64,000 bases of DNA from Podarcis erhardii (taxonomy: Eukaryota), in NCBI GenBank assembly GCA_964252035.1, contig OZ176212.1; one strand, 5' to 3'. Under the pieces are notes generated by a model. The model made no database searches and had not been told where the DNA came from. It saw only the letters and a program-made list of their open reading frames with translations. Positions 23,091 to 35,192 of this stretch are shown one piece after another; within the stretch, counting starts at the first letter, position 1; the number at the start of each line of letters is the position of its first letter. Made by a program: the position numbers and the translations under genes.

Positions 23091-23226
23091 CAGCCATGGC
23101 CAAACTTGGCCCTCCAGCTGTTTTGGGACTACAACTCCCACCATCCCTAGCTAACAGGACCAGTGGTCAGGGATGATGAGAATTGTAGTCACAAAAAAGC
23201 TGGAGGGCCAAGTTTGGCCATGCCTG
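23091..23226. mobile_element. hAT-type palindromic MITE (family B)
   Basis: CAGCCATGGCCAAACTTGGCCCTCCAGC...GCTGGAGGGCCAAGTTTGGCCATGCCTG; nearly the same as 3780-3915. Confidence 0.92.
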
Positions 23227-23653
23227 CTAGCTGAAAGGTCCAAGTAACCGGGGGGGAGGGGGTTTGTGCCTGAGGACTTTGGAAAGCTGCTGCCAGTCAG
23301 AATCAACTTTATTCGCCTAGATGGATCAATGATCTAACAGGACTTCACATGTTTAAAATGTGGCTCTTCCGACTGTGGAATATGGACAGCAGTGAAAGCT
23401 TAGGAACAAGTTGAGATGTAACACAATTGGCCTGCATCCTTTTCAGTTGTGTTTATAAAGTGAGCAACATATAGCAGCTTACTTTTGATATTTTAATCAC
23501 ATATATTGTGTTTAGCTTTTGCTATCGTTCTCTTATCAGACCTGATTTCTCCTCCCGTCTACTTCTTAAAAATAAAGAACCCACCAAAACATGATAGTTG
23601 TGGTTTCTTGCTGGGCCGCAAGCAGTCACCATTTCAAAGCAAAAGTTATAGCA

Positions 23654-23795
23654 CAGCCTTTACCAAACCTGGTGGCTTCCAGATGTTGTCAGACTCTTTA
23701 ACCCCTTTCAACTCCAGCCAGCATAGCCAATGGTCAGGGATGGTGGTGTTTTTAAAGAGCCCAGCAACATCTGAGAAAGTCATGGGTTCCCCAGT
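23654..23795. mobile_element. Degenerate family B hAT MITE
   Basis: TCCAGATGTT...CAACATCTGAG symmetric core. Confidence 0.6.
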
Positions 23796-23959
23796 CCAAG
23801 ACTAGAGACTGGGACTGAGAGATCCATATTAAAGCTGTGAAGGCTTCTGGGTAGCCCTTGACAAATCTCGCCTCAGTTTTCCCCTTCTAAAACTGGATTA
23901 TTACTTGGAAGGTAAATGAGCACTAAAAAAAGTGCTAAATTAGCACATGCAAAAAGGGG

Positions 23960-24145
23960 TCTGAGCTGCAAGAGAGGCTTTCCTGTTCAAATCCCATCTT
24001 AACCACTTAGTTACTAGGTTGGTGGCCTTAATTAAGCCCTGGTCTCTCAGCCTCATTCCACTATTTGCATATATGTGTATAATGCTGCCTTTCTTAAGGA
24101 GCGTTGAGGATTGCTGAGATAATGTGTGTGAAGTGCTTTGAAACA
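23960..24145 (+). mobile_element. MIR/Ther1-like SINE
   Basis: GTTCAAATCCCA B-box, CTCTCAGCCTCA core, TGAGATAATGTGTGTGAAGTGCTTTG tail. Confidence 0.7.
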
Positions 24146-26939
24146 CTCGCGTGACATTCATATATTGCTTTTTATCACTAATAATGTTAATTATAGTCCG
24201 TATGTAGTGGTGGTGGGGCGGGTCTGGGTTTTGCATTAAGAGGGGCTTATAAGGTGGGAAGCTGGTTGCCTAGGCTTGGGCCTAGCTTTCTCAGAGAGCA
24301 AGACGGTGAAGTGGCAAACCTTTTCACCACCCCCATTGCCTGTTCCGCTTCAAACTGCGGTTGGGGGCAGAGCGATAAACGTGCCCCTCCACAACCCGTT
24401 ACAAACCCCCTTCACCCGCCCGAGAGGGAATGGAGATGAGGTTGTGGACAAGAGATAAGAGGAAGAAGGCCTCCTTTGCCATTGTGTAATGCCAAGGGGC
24501 CCTTTCGCACCACACACGCTGACCGTGTGCATCAGTCACGGTGCTTCTCAGAAGGCCAGGAGGCCCCCCAAGTCGTTGGGCGGAAGTTCCCTATCTAGCT
24601 GCATCGACCGCCAGGGCTTCCTGTTGAGAAGGACTTTGCAACATCACTGTAGGGTGGAGAAACTGGAACCCCCATCCAACAGGGACGAGGAACCCAACAA
24701 GGCCTGTTTCCAGCCCCACTGCTCCGTTACCCTTTGGATTCCCGCATGCTCTAACATCTCCATGTTGCGACGATGGGTCATTTTTAAAAGGCAGGGTGAA
24801 AATAGAACGAAAACACTAAACAGGCTACATGGCAATGGGAATGGGGCCTGGTCTATTCAGTGGCATTCCAGGCTCTTTCCTTATGTTTCCAGGTTTCCCT
24901 TTTAAATAAATAAATACATTTTCAGTTTTGTAGATTTCAGGAGAAATGTACATATGCTATTCTACCAAATTGTTTAGTAAGGAAGAGCCCTGCTCCCAGA
25001 TTCTAGTCTCCCTGCCTGTGAGTATAAAAAACACTGGGGAGATTTCAGCAGCCTTTTTTTAAAATTAAAATTAAATTCGCCCTCACTGGGTGCTGAGCCT
25101 AGAGGGTACCACAGGAGGCTCGCAACAATGACTTAGAATGGAAGGTGGGGCAGGGGGAGCTGAATTTTGGCATCTCACAAGGTGCCTCTGAAATTTTTGA
25201 AAGCCCAAAGTCCTCCACTGGGGCTGCATTTGGCCCCCGAGCTGAGAAAGGTACCCCACCTTTGCTATGCAGGTCTGTTTCAGAAGTCGAAGAAGAAAAA
25301 GGACACCTTTCCCACTCTCCAGAATTGCATCCTCTCTAGTCCCTGGCTGCATAAGACGTTCTAGTTCCAGGCTGGAAGGTCTCTAACCTGGGCCACTTTG
25401 AGGGCACCCTGAGCAGAGGGCTCTCTGGTGACCCCCCCCTCCCCTGTTAGTGGGCCCTGACAAGCCTTCCTGGACAGTGCTGGTGTTTGTGTGCGCTCTG
25501 TTGAAATTTACCACAATGTCCAGAGCGACCCTACATTGTAGGAACTGTAGGAAACTATAAGGCAGCAGCTAAACCAAAGCCATGAGCTGCTTCTCGCAGC
25601 AGCAGCAGGCCAGAAAGAAATTAAGCTTTACCTAGGGCTTGATTTGAGCCAAGTTTATCTAGTTTCAGAAGTGGCTAGTCCACCTGTGTGTCTCTTGTTA
25701 TAAGTAGGGCGTGAAGCTGCTGGATATCTTCTCCAATTTTTTTCTCCCTTTAGAATCGTGTGGCATTTAGAGATACACTGCCCCTGCACAGGGAGGCTCC
25801 ATTTTCACAATTCCCTAACAGTAGCCATTGATTTAGCTTCCATAACAATTTGCTTGCCTAATCTTTTTCCTTTCTTTTTTTTAAAGCACCAGTGCTTCTT
25901 TCAAAGGTTCTTCTTTAGTCCCCCCCACCGTCTTTCTAAAATATTTTTTAAATCCCAGAGTCATTTAAACCTTGACTAATTATGTTAAGGCTGATTCCAG
26001 GGGACCTTTGACCCGCTCCCAGGATGGTTGCCATAGGTTCTGTTGCCCCCACCCCCGCCCAAGTTTTCGCTGCGCATGTAACTTGCATTGCCCAATGACA
26101 TTGATTGTTTGCTTCAAAATCTGAGCCTTTCCCATGGCGTTTTTAAACAAGAAAATCAACCTTGAGATTGCTCAAGGGAGCTCCCTTTTGCCTCCGCTTC
26201 CCACTCAACAACAGAGAGCTGTCACAGAATCAAAAGTATGAAAGGGGGAGAAAAAGGGTGAGGTTGGGGGAGAAACGTCTGGCTGCTACTTTCGCAGAAA
26301 AGCTATTTTTCCTGTTTTTCTGGGTGGGTTGGGACTTTGCATGCAGAGACAGAAAAAGTGAGAAATGTAGATTTTTCTCTGCTGAACTTGATGCAGTGCT
26401 ACACTTTGCAATTGCTGCAAGGACACAAGGGTGTTACACCCGTGTTCCTGCAGCCAACAAGTGAAGTGTGTGATTCAACACCCATGTAAACATATGATTG
26501 GAAACCCTGGTCCAGGCAAGTACGCAGGGGTTTAAAGAGGTGTATATGTGCAGGTATATCATTCACACTTCGCATGTTGTGGGCAAGGTTGGTGCCAGCA
26601 GCTGTTCCTTTGGCAGCTGTGGGGCTGATCACCAAATCCTACTTGCGCCCACATTTGAATCCGCCATCAGGGAGGTGAGCCCAGGTGCTATTTTAATTTT
26701 CCAAGATTGGCCCAAATGTAGTGTGACTGTGGGTATTCTGCACATTTTAAATGGGTTCTGTTTGGAATACCGCTGCTGCCACACGGGCTTGCTGGGACAC
26801 ACCAACAGAGAAGGGAGTCCCTCCAGATATCACTTTACCCAGGTTGTTCCCAGGCAAGCCCTGCATAGAGGCAGCAGCAGTGTGACAACAGGGTCGCTTG
26901 CGCCAGTTGCACAGCTACCCCAAAATATTTGTGGCACAG

Positions 26940-26981
26940 TGTGTGTGTGTGTGTGTGTGTGTGTGTCAGAGAGAGAGAGAG
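26940..26981. repeat. (GT)n then (AG)n microsatellite
   Basis: Seen directly. Confidence 0.9.
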
Positions 26982-27069
26982 AACAGGTGTGTGGGTTGTG
27001 CACCTTGGTTCCATTGGGCAGAGGCGACAAAATAACTTTTGTTGGACTGAGTGAGTTTGTTATTGGAAA

Positions 27070-27172
27070 CATAGCTTTGGAAGGGACATCTAGTCCAACC
27101 CAATATTTTGCCCAACGTGGGGCTCGAACCCACAACCCTGAGATTACGAGTCTGATAACCTACCGACCGAAC
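27070..27172 (-). mobile_element. tRNA-Lys-headed SINE with CR1 tail
   Basis: Reverse complement GTAATCTCAGGGTTGTGGGTTCGAGCCCCACGTTGGGC + GGTTGGACTAGATG..CCCTTCCAA. Confidence 0.8.
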
Positions 27173-27459
27173 CACATACTCTTGTGTGTGGACTTTGGAA
27201 TTCGCAAAAGTAAGCAGCAGCCAAATTTGAAACGGAGCAGAACCTTGGTTACACGCAAAGAGAATGTGCCTGGAAAAAAAGGAAAGGTTTTTTTTGTTTT
27301 TTTTTAATGTAACGAAAGCATTCTTTTTTGGGGCGTCCACCTAACAAGCAACACAGCCTGGATAAATTCCACATTTCACCTAATCCAGCATAGTTTGTGG
27401 GCATTTTGGAAATCTCCACCTCCTGGTGAAAACTGCCTTCTACATGAAGAGACCGAAAG

Positions 27460-28000
27460 CTCACTCTCCGAACCCAAAGGATCGATTCCTTCTCCCAGCC
27501 TGCCTTGACTTGTGCTAGCCCAGAGAGAGAGCGAGAGAGAGAGAGAGAGAGAGAGCCCTATGCCGTCAGTTCATGACCTCCAGATATAGGTCAGCTGTTT
27601 TCCGGATCAATCGTCGGGTCCGCCTGTCACAGGCCCAAGCAGAGGGAGTTCCTCTTTTTGCTTGATGTTCTTGGAATCGGAGGGACGCGCTGGCAAGCCA
27701 CGTGACCTGGCCCTTTTGTGTTTTTTTGCTTTATATTGCGGTCTCTCTCTTCACCTCTTACAAGGAGACGTGTCTGTTTCACAATAGCTTGTCCTGTCGC
27801 CATGCCGATGGGAGTGTGCGTTGCAGGGCGAGGCATTCTTGGACATACATCTGGCGTGACCTCCCCTGGCGCCTCGGTGTTCTTGGGCTCTGCTTTGAGA
27901 GACCTGACGTGATACTGTTGGGTAACCCCGGGCCGTGGATTTGTTGTGGGGACAGGCACTGCGAGTGACTCAGTGTCTCTCCCACTCCAGGGACCACACT
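27460..28000. promoter_or_regulatory. Candidate intronic enhancer or alternative promoter
   Basis: CpG-retaining and TE-free; (AG)n; AGTTCATGACCT...AGGTCA nuclear-receptor composite, CACGTGAC (27699), TGACGTG (27905), TGACTCA (27966). Confidence 0.5.
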
Positions 28001-28624
28001 CCGTTTCCTTTGCTTATGTCATCCTTGTGGCATCCTCCGTCCGAACCAGAGCTGCTGGCAGTCTCAGCAGCTGCTGTCCCTAAATGCTTTGGATTCCAGT
28101 TGGGTTTGCTAATGGAGGGGCTCAAGATAGATCCTCTTTGGGGGAGCATGTGCCCAGGGAACAAGTACGTATTTATTTGCACGTTCGTTTGCACACCCGT
28201 TTTCACACAGGTATTTTTTCTGTATGTCCCTTTGCCTTATCCTTGGTTTTGGATCCCTTGAACCTGCTGGCGGCATGCAGGGTTTGCCCTGGTCGTGACA
28301 TTCGCTCAAAGGCAGTCAAGATTCCCGTACACATGCGTGCAGGCAACCCCCAGCCTTTTTGCTAGCTCACTCTTGCTTGCTGGACTCTGGAACCTAAAAT
28401 CTGGGTGCTCATTTTGTGTGGGGTAAAACCTGTAGTTTGAATAGTTTTGGAGAGATATTGGAAGATACGATGGTGAGAAATGAAAGGTTTGGGATTAAGC
28501 ATACAAAATGTCCAAAATCAATGTTTTTAGCCAACCTCTCCCCCCATAAAAATAGTCGCAAGTTTCAGTTGCTGCAATAAATTGCCCAAATGTTTACAAT
28601 CTGCATAGATGGGATGGTCCAGAT

Positions 28625-28752
28625 CTCCGTCTTGGCTCCCCAGATGCTCTTGAACCACAACTCCCATCATTCCTGACCACTGCCCATGCTGGCTAGGAAT
28701 GATGGGAGTTGTAGTCCAACAACTTCTAGGCACCCAAGGTTGAGAAAGGCTG
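28625..28752. mobile_element. Family B hAT MITE
   Basis: CTCCCATCATTCCTGACCACTG...GATGGGAGTTGTAGTCC; flanks GTCCAGAT/GTCCAGAA. Confidence 0.8.
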
Positions 28753-29190
28753 GTCCAGAATCCAGATAGCTATGGCTGCCTGATTCATTTTACCTGGGGG
28801 GTTCATTGAAGAGAGCATTCTGTCCTCAGAGGTGGTGAGCCTTCTGTTCACCCACAAACCATAGATCTATGCGTTCGCTGGAACATTTTCTCAAACCCAG
28901 GCAGACATCTGTTTGTGTCTTCAGCTAGAAAGGCACTTAGGTGGGCAGAGAGTGATGGCACAGGCTCTACTAGAAAAGGAGGCTGAATTTATTTTCCCCT
29001 TGTCTCTCTGCACACATTTTAAAATGCCCAGATTAAACCTGCACAGAGCAGGTGCACATTTGACTTTTGTTATATTGCTTACCATCCATGCAAACCTGTT
29101 GGGCCTTGCAGCAAGGTATATCACCGTTGACATGTCCAGCTGCTATTAGGCATACACATTTGTCTGTATAATGTGTGTGTGTACATATAG

Positions 29191-29230
29191 ATGTATGCAT
29201 GCATGCGCGCGCGCGCACACACACACACAT
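29191..29230. repeat. 40-nt perfectly alternating purine-pyrimidine tract with (GC)6
   Basis: ATGTATGCATGCATGCGCGCGCGCGCACACACACACACAT. Confidence 0.95.
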
Positions 29231-30772
29231 TAAGTGTTTATTGTTATATTTATATCCCACCCCTCTTCCAAGGAGCTCAAGGTGGTGTGCATGATTTCCC
29301 CCTTCTCCATTTTATCCTCGCAACATGGAAACTAGAAATTCAAAATTGTTTTTCCATGACTGCTGTGGCCTAAGGAACCCTTGGAACTGTAGTTCGATCA
29401 AAGGTGTTGATAACTGTCTGCTGGAGGTCCCTGGCAGCTTTGTGGAACTATCAGACCCAGAGTTCTTTTCATATTTAATTGTAAATATTTTTAAGCTGGT
29501 TTTCTAGTCTTGGTAGTAATAGCGGAATGAGTCCCAAACAGTGCGATGAGACACACCGTTGCACCATAAGAGAACTGAAAGCTCCCACCTGCTCGCAGAT
29601 TAGGCTGCCTCTTGTCTCTCTGTGTGATTGATTGCTCTGGCCTTGATTCCTTACCATCAATCTCTGCTGTGGGTGGATATTTCTGCCACACCTGTACACT
29701 GAGGGAGCTTGAATTATTCAGATGCTCCAAAAGCAAATGCAGCAGCCTCTGAGGAGGCTACCCGTTGTTTCTCTGAATGAGTATCTATGCTGGGTTTACC
29801 TCCTTCCATGTAGAAGCCATGTCCATGTCAGTGCCAGAAACACACGATGTGGTCTCCTATGGGGGTAAGTAATGCTTACTCTTTCCATACTCTAAAAGCA
29901 ATAATATGGGATTTCCAGAAGTGTTTGAATTGGGAAATTTCTTGCAAAATATTCTGATGCCCAGAGATCCGATATAGTATGTTTGTTTGATGCACAAAGT
30001 AATCCTACGCATGACTACTTTGAAATAAGTCCTTTGTTTGTTCAGTGGCTCTTGCTCACTAATTGTGTTTGTGATTGCAGCCTCGTATTTCATGTGCATA
30101 ATTAGAAATATGTCATGCTAATTTCATGTGCCATATAAAATATCTGAAAAGTTGTTCTGGTAGCCAAAAGTAGTTTATCTGAAATAATTTGATTTAAGGG
30201 GGAAGGGGGCAGGATCTATAAATGGCATTTATTGCACATTAAGTTTTATACTCAAAACAAGTGCAAAGCTTTAACCTAGAAATTATTTTCATTGGGATAT
30301 TTGTAAATATTTTAAGACATGTTAGTTCAGTAGCATACACTTCCCTAATGTTATTTAGAGTTTAAGAAAAATAAGGAAGGCGCTGAAAACTGTTTCAACA
30401 TATGTTGAATAGCTGTGTGCATGAATATGTGTCCTTGGAAGACTCACCGGGGAAAAACGTTAATTGCAGATTTTAAAAAATTGAGTAGTACAGTATTATG
30501 TCCTTTCCACTTTCAATTTTACTTTTATTGTGTTAGTTCATTATGTTACTAATTAATTCTATCTATGAGGAAAATACATTTCTAAAAAAGAGAGGAATCC
30601 GTGGAAAAATTTAGTACTGGGTTTTTTCCTGGGGAAGAGATTGCTACCGCACACCACTGTTTAAAAGCAAACCTCTTTCAGATGTCTGAGTAGAGTGGAC
30701 ATCAACTCACAGAATTTTAGGAAACAACTCTTGCAGAAAAATACCTGGAAGTGAATAGAGTTAGGTCTTTTT

Positions 30773-30845
30773 TCCAGCCCTAGTTGGAGATTGAGCTTGG
30801 AACCTTACTCATGCACTGCAGATGTGCTACCACTGAACAGGGCTG
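30773..30845 (-). mobile_element. Squam2-like SINE head
   Basis: CCAGCCCTAG..GGAGATTGAGCTTGGAACCTT..CATGCA..GCAGATGTGCTACCACTGA. Confidence 0.65.
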
Positions 30846-31819
30846 CCCGCCACTCGTATGATTTAGTTGATTATAGGCACATTTGCACATTAATGAAGAC
30901 TTCAGTGTCCCTTTTGAGCATATTGAAGGAAGTGGGTGTGCAGTTGTTAAACAGTGTTTTGGACTTCCCAGGCTGAAATCCTTGCTCAGCTACAAAGCTC
31001 TCCAAGTGACATTGAGTACGTCTGCTCGGGTTTCCTTAGAAATCTGGGGGATAAAATGTGATAAACGCTACTACCCATTAATTAGAAGGAAAAGTTGCCT
31101 TCTAATATTTTGCTTTTTCATTCCCTGCTCGAGTACACCAGGAACAAAATAGTTTTGTTTTTTTTTAAATCTAACAAGGGTGCCCTTCCATCTTGGTCTT
31201 GGTGTATGTGGACATGCTGGCTGGGGCGGAAACATGCCTGCTATCGTGGCTCCGCATGTAGAAGGAGCCACGCATGTTGCCAGCACATAACTGCCCGTGT
31301 TAGCAAACGTGTCGTTGCCATGCGCTTTTGGCATGCGCTAAGACTTGGCCACTGTGGCACATTCCTTGATAACGTCTAGATCAGATTACCGTAACATCGC
31401 TTTGCGTGAGGTGCCTTTGAAGAATTTTTTTGGAAACTTCAGCCGGTCCAGTAGATGACGGCTGGATTGCTAACTGGAGTTGGCTGCAGAGAGCATATAT
31501 TGCATGTGCTTAAAGTGGTACGCTTAGCTTGCAGTGAAGTGAGCTTCCAGGCGCAAATTCAGCCTGCTGGTTTTAACCTTTAAAAGCCCTCAGCTATCGG
31601 GCAGCCGGGGTACATTCAGGAATGCCTTGTTTGTGTGGAATCCTAAGGCAATGGTGTTAAAAAGTGGACTATGTTGTGGAAGCCATGGTTCCTCGGAACC
31701 TTATCAGGAACTCTGATTTGAAAAAATCAGTCATTCGTGTTCACATTTTGTTAACTGCATTTTAAATCCCACCTGTCCTTCAAGTTGCTCAAGGCAACAA
31801 ATGCATTTTTGCCCTGGTG

Positions 31820-31945
31820 TCCTCACAACAGCCCTGTGAGGTGGGTTACGCTGAGACTGGCTGAAGATCACCCAGTGAGCTTCATGACTGAGTTGGGTTT
31901 GAACCCTTGTCTCCCAGGTGCTAGTCCAACACTCTGACCACAGTC
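31820..31945 (-). mobile_element. Squam3-like SINE
   Basis: CCTCACAACAGCCCTGTGAGGT...CCCAGTGAGCTTCATG...TTTGAACCC...CTAGTCCAACACTCT. Confidence 0.85.
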
Positions 31946-32965
31946 CCACACTTGCTCTCTTGTCATGGCAGACGAGCTTCCTGGAAAGACATACTGTATT
32001 TTTATTATCATCTTCCCCTGCAACCCGCAGATGCAGGAGAGTGTCAGAGAGATTCTAAAAGGGTTTAAAAGTGGATCTGCCTGATGGGAAATAGTTTGAA
32101 ATCCTGCTTGAAAGTCTAAAGGTTCTGCCTTTATATGAGGGGCCACAGGGAGTTGGGTCACCTTAGTGCGGGGGCTTATCCTTGTGGAATTTGCATCCCA
32201 AGGAGAGGGTGATATTTAAAATGGTGGTGGAAAACACCCTGTGGTCTTCATAGCCCTTATCTGATTTTTTTTTAGAAGGTGGATGCTCTTGCGGTTTAAT
32301 CGTCTCTATTTTCCTGTGCATTGTTGTATTTATAGTCAATACTGTGTGTTAGCTTTTGCCATCTTGAGGGCCTGTTTTTGGACTGCAAGGTAGGGTGAAA
32401 ACTTTTTTTAAAAAGAGAGAGCAAATGAGAGTCTCTAGCATTGCAACCGCACCCATGCATGCAAATGTTCCCTCCCACCGACACATCTGCAAGATCATGC
32501 AAACACTTACGCCTAGTCTTCCCCCCCATCCTGTCACTCATCCTCCCTCTTGCCAGATGTTGCTGATTTTTTGATTTTTTTAAAAAAATTTTTGGGTTAA
32601 TCAGCTTGCGTTGTCCCTACCCTCTGCAAAGTGTTCTCTGGATTAAACCTAAGCAGGGCTGAATCCTCACGCAGGTCACTTAACGCCATTCCCTGTAGCT
32701 CCATCCCCCCTCTTCTTCTGTCTGTCTGCTTGCCAGATGGGTGCTGGTTGGCAGCCTTGATCATGCTGCAGTCTGGGGGTGGGATTGGGAAGAGAAGTGG
32801 TGGTTCCCCAGTTGAGTAAAGAAGCTTACAGAACCACTCCAGTCAGAAGGGATCTCATCAGATCCCTTTCCCCTAAGCCCCCCCCCGACACCCTGAACCA
32901 TCTCCAGCAGATAGCAGCCCTGGCTTGGAAAACCACCTACGGAAAGAGGTGCTTATTGCTATTTG

Positions 32966-33089
32966 TAGGGATGTGTAATCTGTGGCCCTCCAGATGTTGC
33001 GGAACTCCCATCACTCCAGACAGCATGGTCAGTGGCTGGTGATGTTGTGGTCCTGCAACATCTGGAGAGCCACTCGTTCCCCACCTCTG
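32966..33089. mobile_element. Family B hAT MITE, degenerate
   Basis: TGGCCCTCCAGATGTTG...CAACATCTGGAGAGCCA. Confidence 0.75.
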
Positions 33090-33408
33090 ACCTTCCTCCT
33101 CAAGATTGCTTGTCCTAGGGCTGGACTTCTCTGAAAGGTGGAATGTTCTTCCCTAATGCCCAACCCATATCTACCTTCCTGTAATTTATTATAATCCTAC
33201 AGCAACATCAGTGCACACAGTGCTTTTCAGAGAGTGCAAGTCAACTGAACCTTGCCCCCAAGGAGCTTACAATTTAAAATATGACACAGGAGAAATGAAA
33301 GAGGGGGAGGATGTGTGAGAACTTCAGGTACCTATACATAGGACTAGTTGCAGAAGGATATAGAAGCTTTGGGGTTCTGCCAAGGCCTTCACAAGAGAAG
33401 TGGGTTTT

Positions 33409-33505
33409 GAGGGCCATTGCTTCGTGGCTGAGCATCTGCTTTGCATGCAGGAGCTCCCAGATTTGATCCCTGGCATCTCCAGGTAGTTCTGGGAATTGTC
33501 CCTTG
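33409..33505 (+). mobile_element. Squam2-like SINE head
   Basis: GAGCATCTGCTTTGCATGCAG...TTTGATCCCTGGCATCTCCAGGTAG. Confidence 0.8.
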
Positions 33506-33845
33506 CTCACAGAGAGGTCTGTTCAAGGTAAGAAGGAGATGCCATAGAGGAGCCCAAGGAGGCAGTTCTATGCTTGAGCAAGGAGACAACAATAAGCATA
33601 AGGAGACCTTCAGATGACTAAGGATGATGGAGCTGGAGGTGCAATGGTCATGGACAGAGACACATCAGGGTATAAGAATGGGGAGATATTGGTGTGGGGG
33701 AGGCCGTTGAAGACTTTGAAGTTGGGGCCAAGAATCTTGTGCTGGATCCGGGCGAGGGATCATAATTCAGTGACATTGTGTGGTTTGCATGCAGCACCCA
33801 GTCAATTTATTTTAATTTTTTTGCAGCAGTTGATTCATGAAACAC

Positions 33846-34160
33846 GCCTGGAAAGCTGCTGCCAATGAGCATAAATTGTACAGTGGTACCTCTGGTTACA
33901 AACTTAATTCGTTCCGGAGGTGCGTTCTTAACCTGAAACCATTCTTAACCTGAGGTACCACTTTAGCTAATGGGGCCTCCTGCTGCTGCTGTGCCGCTGG
34001 CATGCGATTTCTGTTCTCATCCTGAGGTGAAGTTCTTAACCTGAGGTACTACTTCTGGGTTAGCGGAGTCTGTAACCCAAAGTGTTTGTAACCCGAGGTA
34101 CCACTGTACTGGGTTGGACGGACACTCTGATATCCTGTAAATCAGCTTCCTGTGTTCCCA
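33846..34160 (+). mobile_element. Squam2-like tail split by a mariner MITE
   Basis: CTGGAAAGCTGCTGCCAATGAGCATAAATTGTA[MITE]CTGGGTTGGACGGAC...CAGCTTCCTGTGTTCC. Confidence 0.65.
33881..34106. mobile_element. Tc1/mariner-type MITE (family A)
   Basis: TA|CAGTGGTACCTC...GAGGTACCACTG|TA; reverse-orientation sister of 51556-51781. Confidence 0.96.
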
Positions 34161-34909
34161 TGGGAGCAGACAGGAAGCCTGTGTAGGGATGTGAGGAGGG
34201 GCATCATGTTATCAGAGCAACGAGAGAGATGAATGATTTGGGCATCAGAGTGATGGATCGAGAGAGGTGCCTGGTCCATAGTGATACAGTAGAAGGAGGA
34301 GAGGAGATTGCAGCAGTTACTCCAGGTGAGACATTAGCAGGCCAGGGAAGAACGTTTTTTCCCCCCTGAGTTGTTGTTGTTGTTTTTTTTTTTTTTAATT
34401 AAACATGTGTCTTCTTACCAAAGACTGCAACTAGTCTTTTTTCCCCTGGTGTGCTTTTAAAATATTTGAATGCCATCATCTGTATCCCCCTCTCCTTGGC
34501 CCTTTATGCCATGAATATATCTGGTTCCTTTAGCCTGCCCTGGTGGGTTTGGCACCCGAGACCCTTTTCCATATTAATATACAGTGGTGTGGACTTTTCC
34601 CTATTAAGGCTTGTGCTGCAGTCAGTGAGTGGGGTTTTTGCACACAAGGTTTAAATTGGTTTGGGCTTACATTGCGGTGCAGCGGGAGTGGACAATTTGA
34701 TTCCTTTTGCAACATCTGTCATTTTTTCTGTTTTGTTTGTTGCCGTCTTGTGTGCAAATGGCCTTAGTCTTGAGGATGCCACGCGAGTTGCAGCTGTTTT
34801 TCTAGAGTTTGTCTTCTCTCTTCTGAGTCTCCCCTCCCAATGCCCCTTAGTTTGTCAGCTTTGTTTTTGGAACAGAGGGGGCAGTCTAAAAAGCCGCCTG
34901 GGGAATTAA

Positions 34910-35192
34910 GGCCCCTTCTGCACTATACATTTAAAGCGGTGTCATACTACTTTAAGCAATGGTGGCTTCCCCCAAAGCATCCTGGGAACTTCAGTTTGTC
35001 AAGGGTGCTCCCATTCCCCTCACAGAACTACAATTCCCAGAGTCGTTTCACAGTCAATTCCTCTTCCATGGAAACTCTGGGAACTGTAGGTTTGTGAGAG
35101 GAATGGGAGCACCCTTAAGAAACTGTAGCCCCCGGCTATTTTTGAAGGGAGCCATGATTGTTTAAAGTGGCACGACACATCTTTAAATGTAT
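34910..35192. mobile_element. Palindromic MITE (family C, superfamily unresolved, Harbinger-like)
   Basis: ATACATTTAAAG...CCTGGGAACT ... ACTCTGGGAACTGTAG...CTTTAAATGTAT; related copies at 53009 and 59855. Confidence 0.8.

Larger units (their letters stand above)
33180..34350 (-). mobile_element. Ancient L2-like LINE relic interrupted by younger inserts
   Basis: CCTTGCCCCCAAGGAGCTTACAAT 3' motif, then GGGAGGCCGTTGAAGACTTTGAAG and GAGGAGATTGCAGCAGTTACTCCAGGTGAGA, resembling old amniote L2. Confidence 0.5.

Noticed and set aside
29857-30099. Minus ORF containing YIG as a GIY-YIG relic
   Set aside because: No other conserved residues and no PLE terminal repeat nearby
32031-32084. Good acceptor followed by ATG (MQESVREILKGFKSGSA*)
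   Set aside because: Short, unrecognised peptide and no convincing downstream donor
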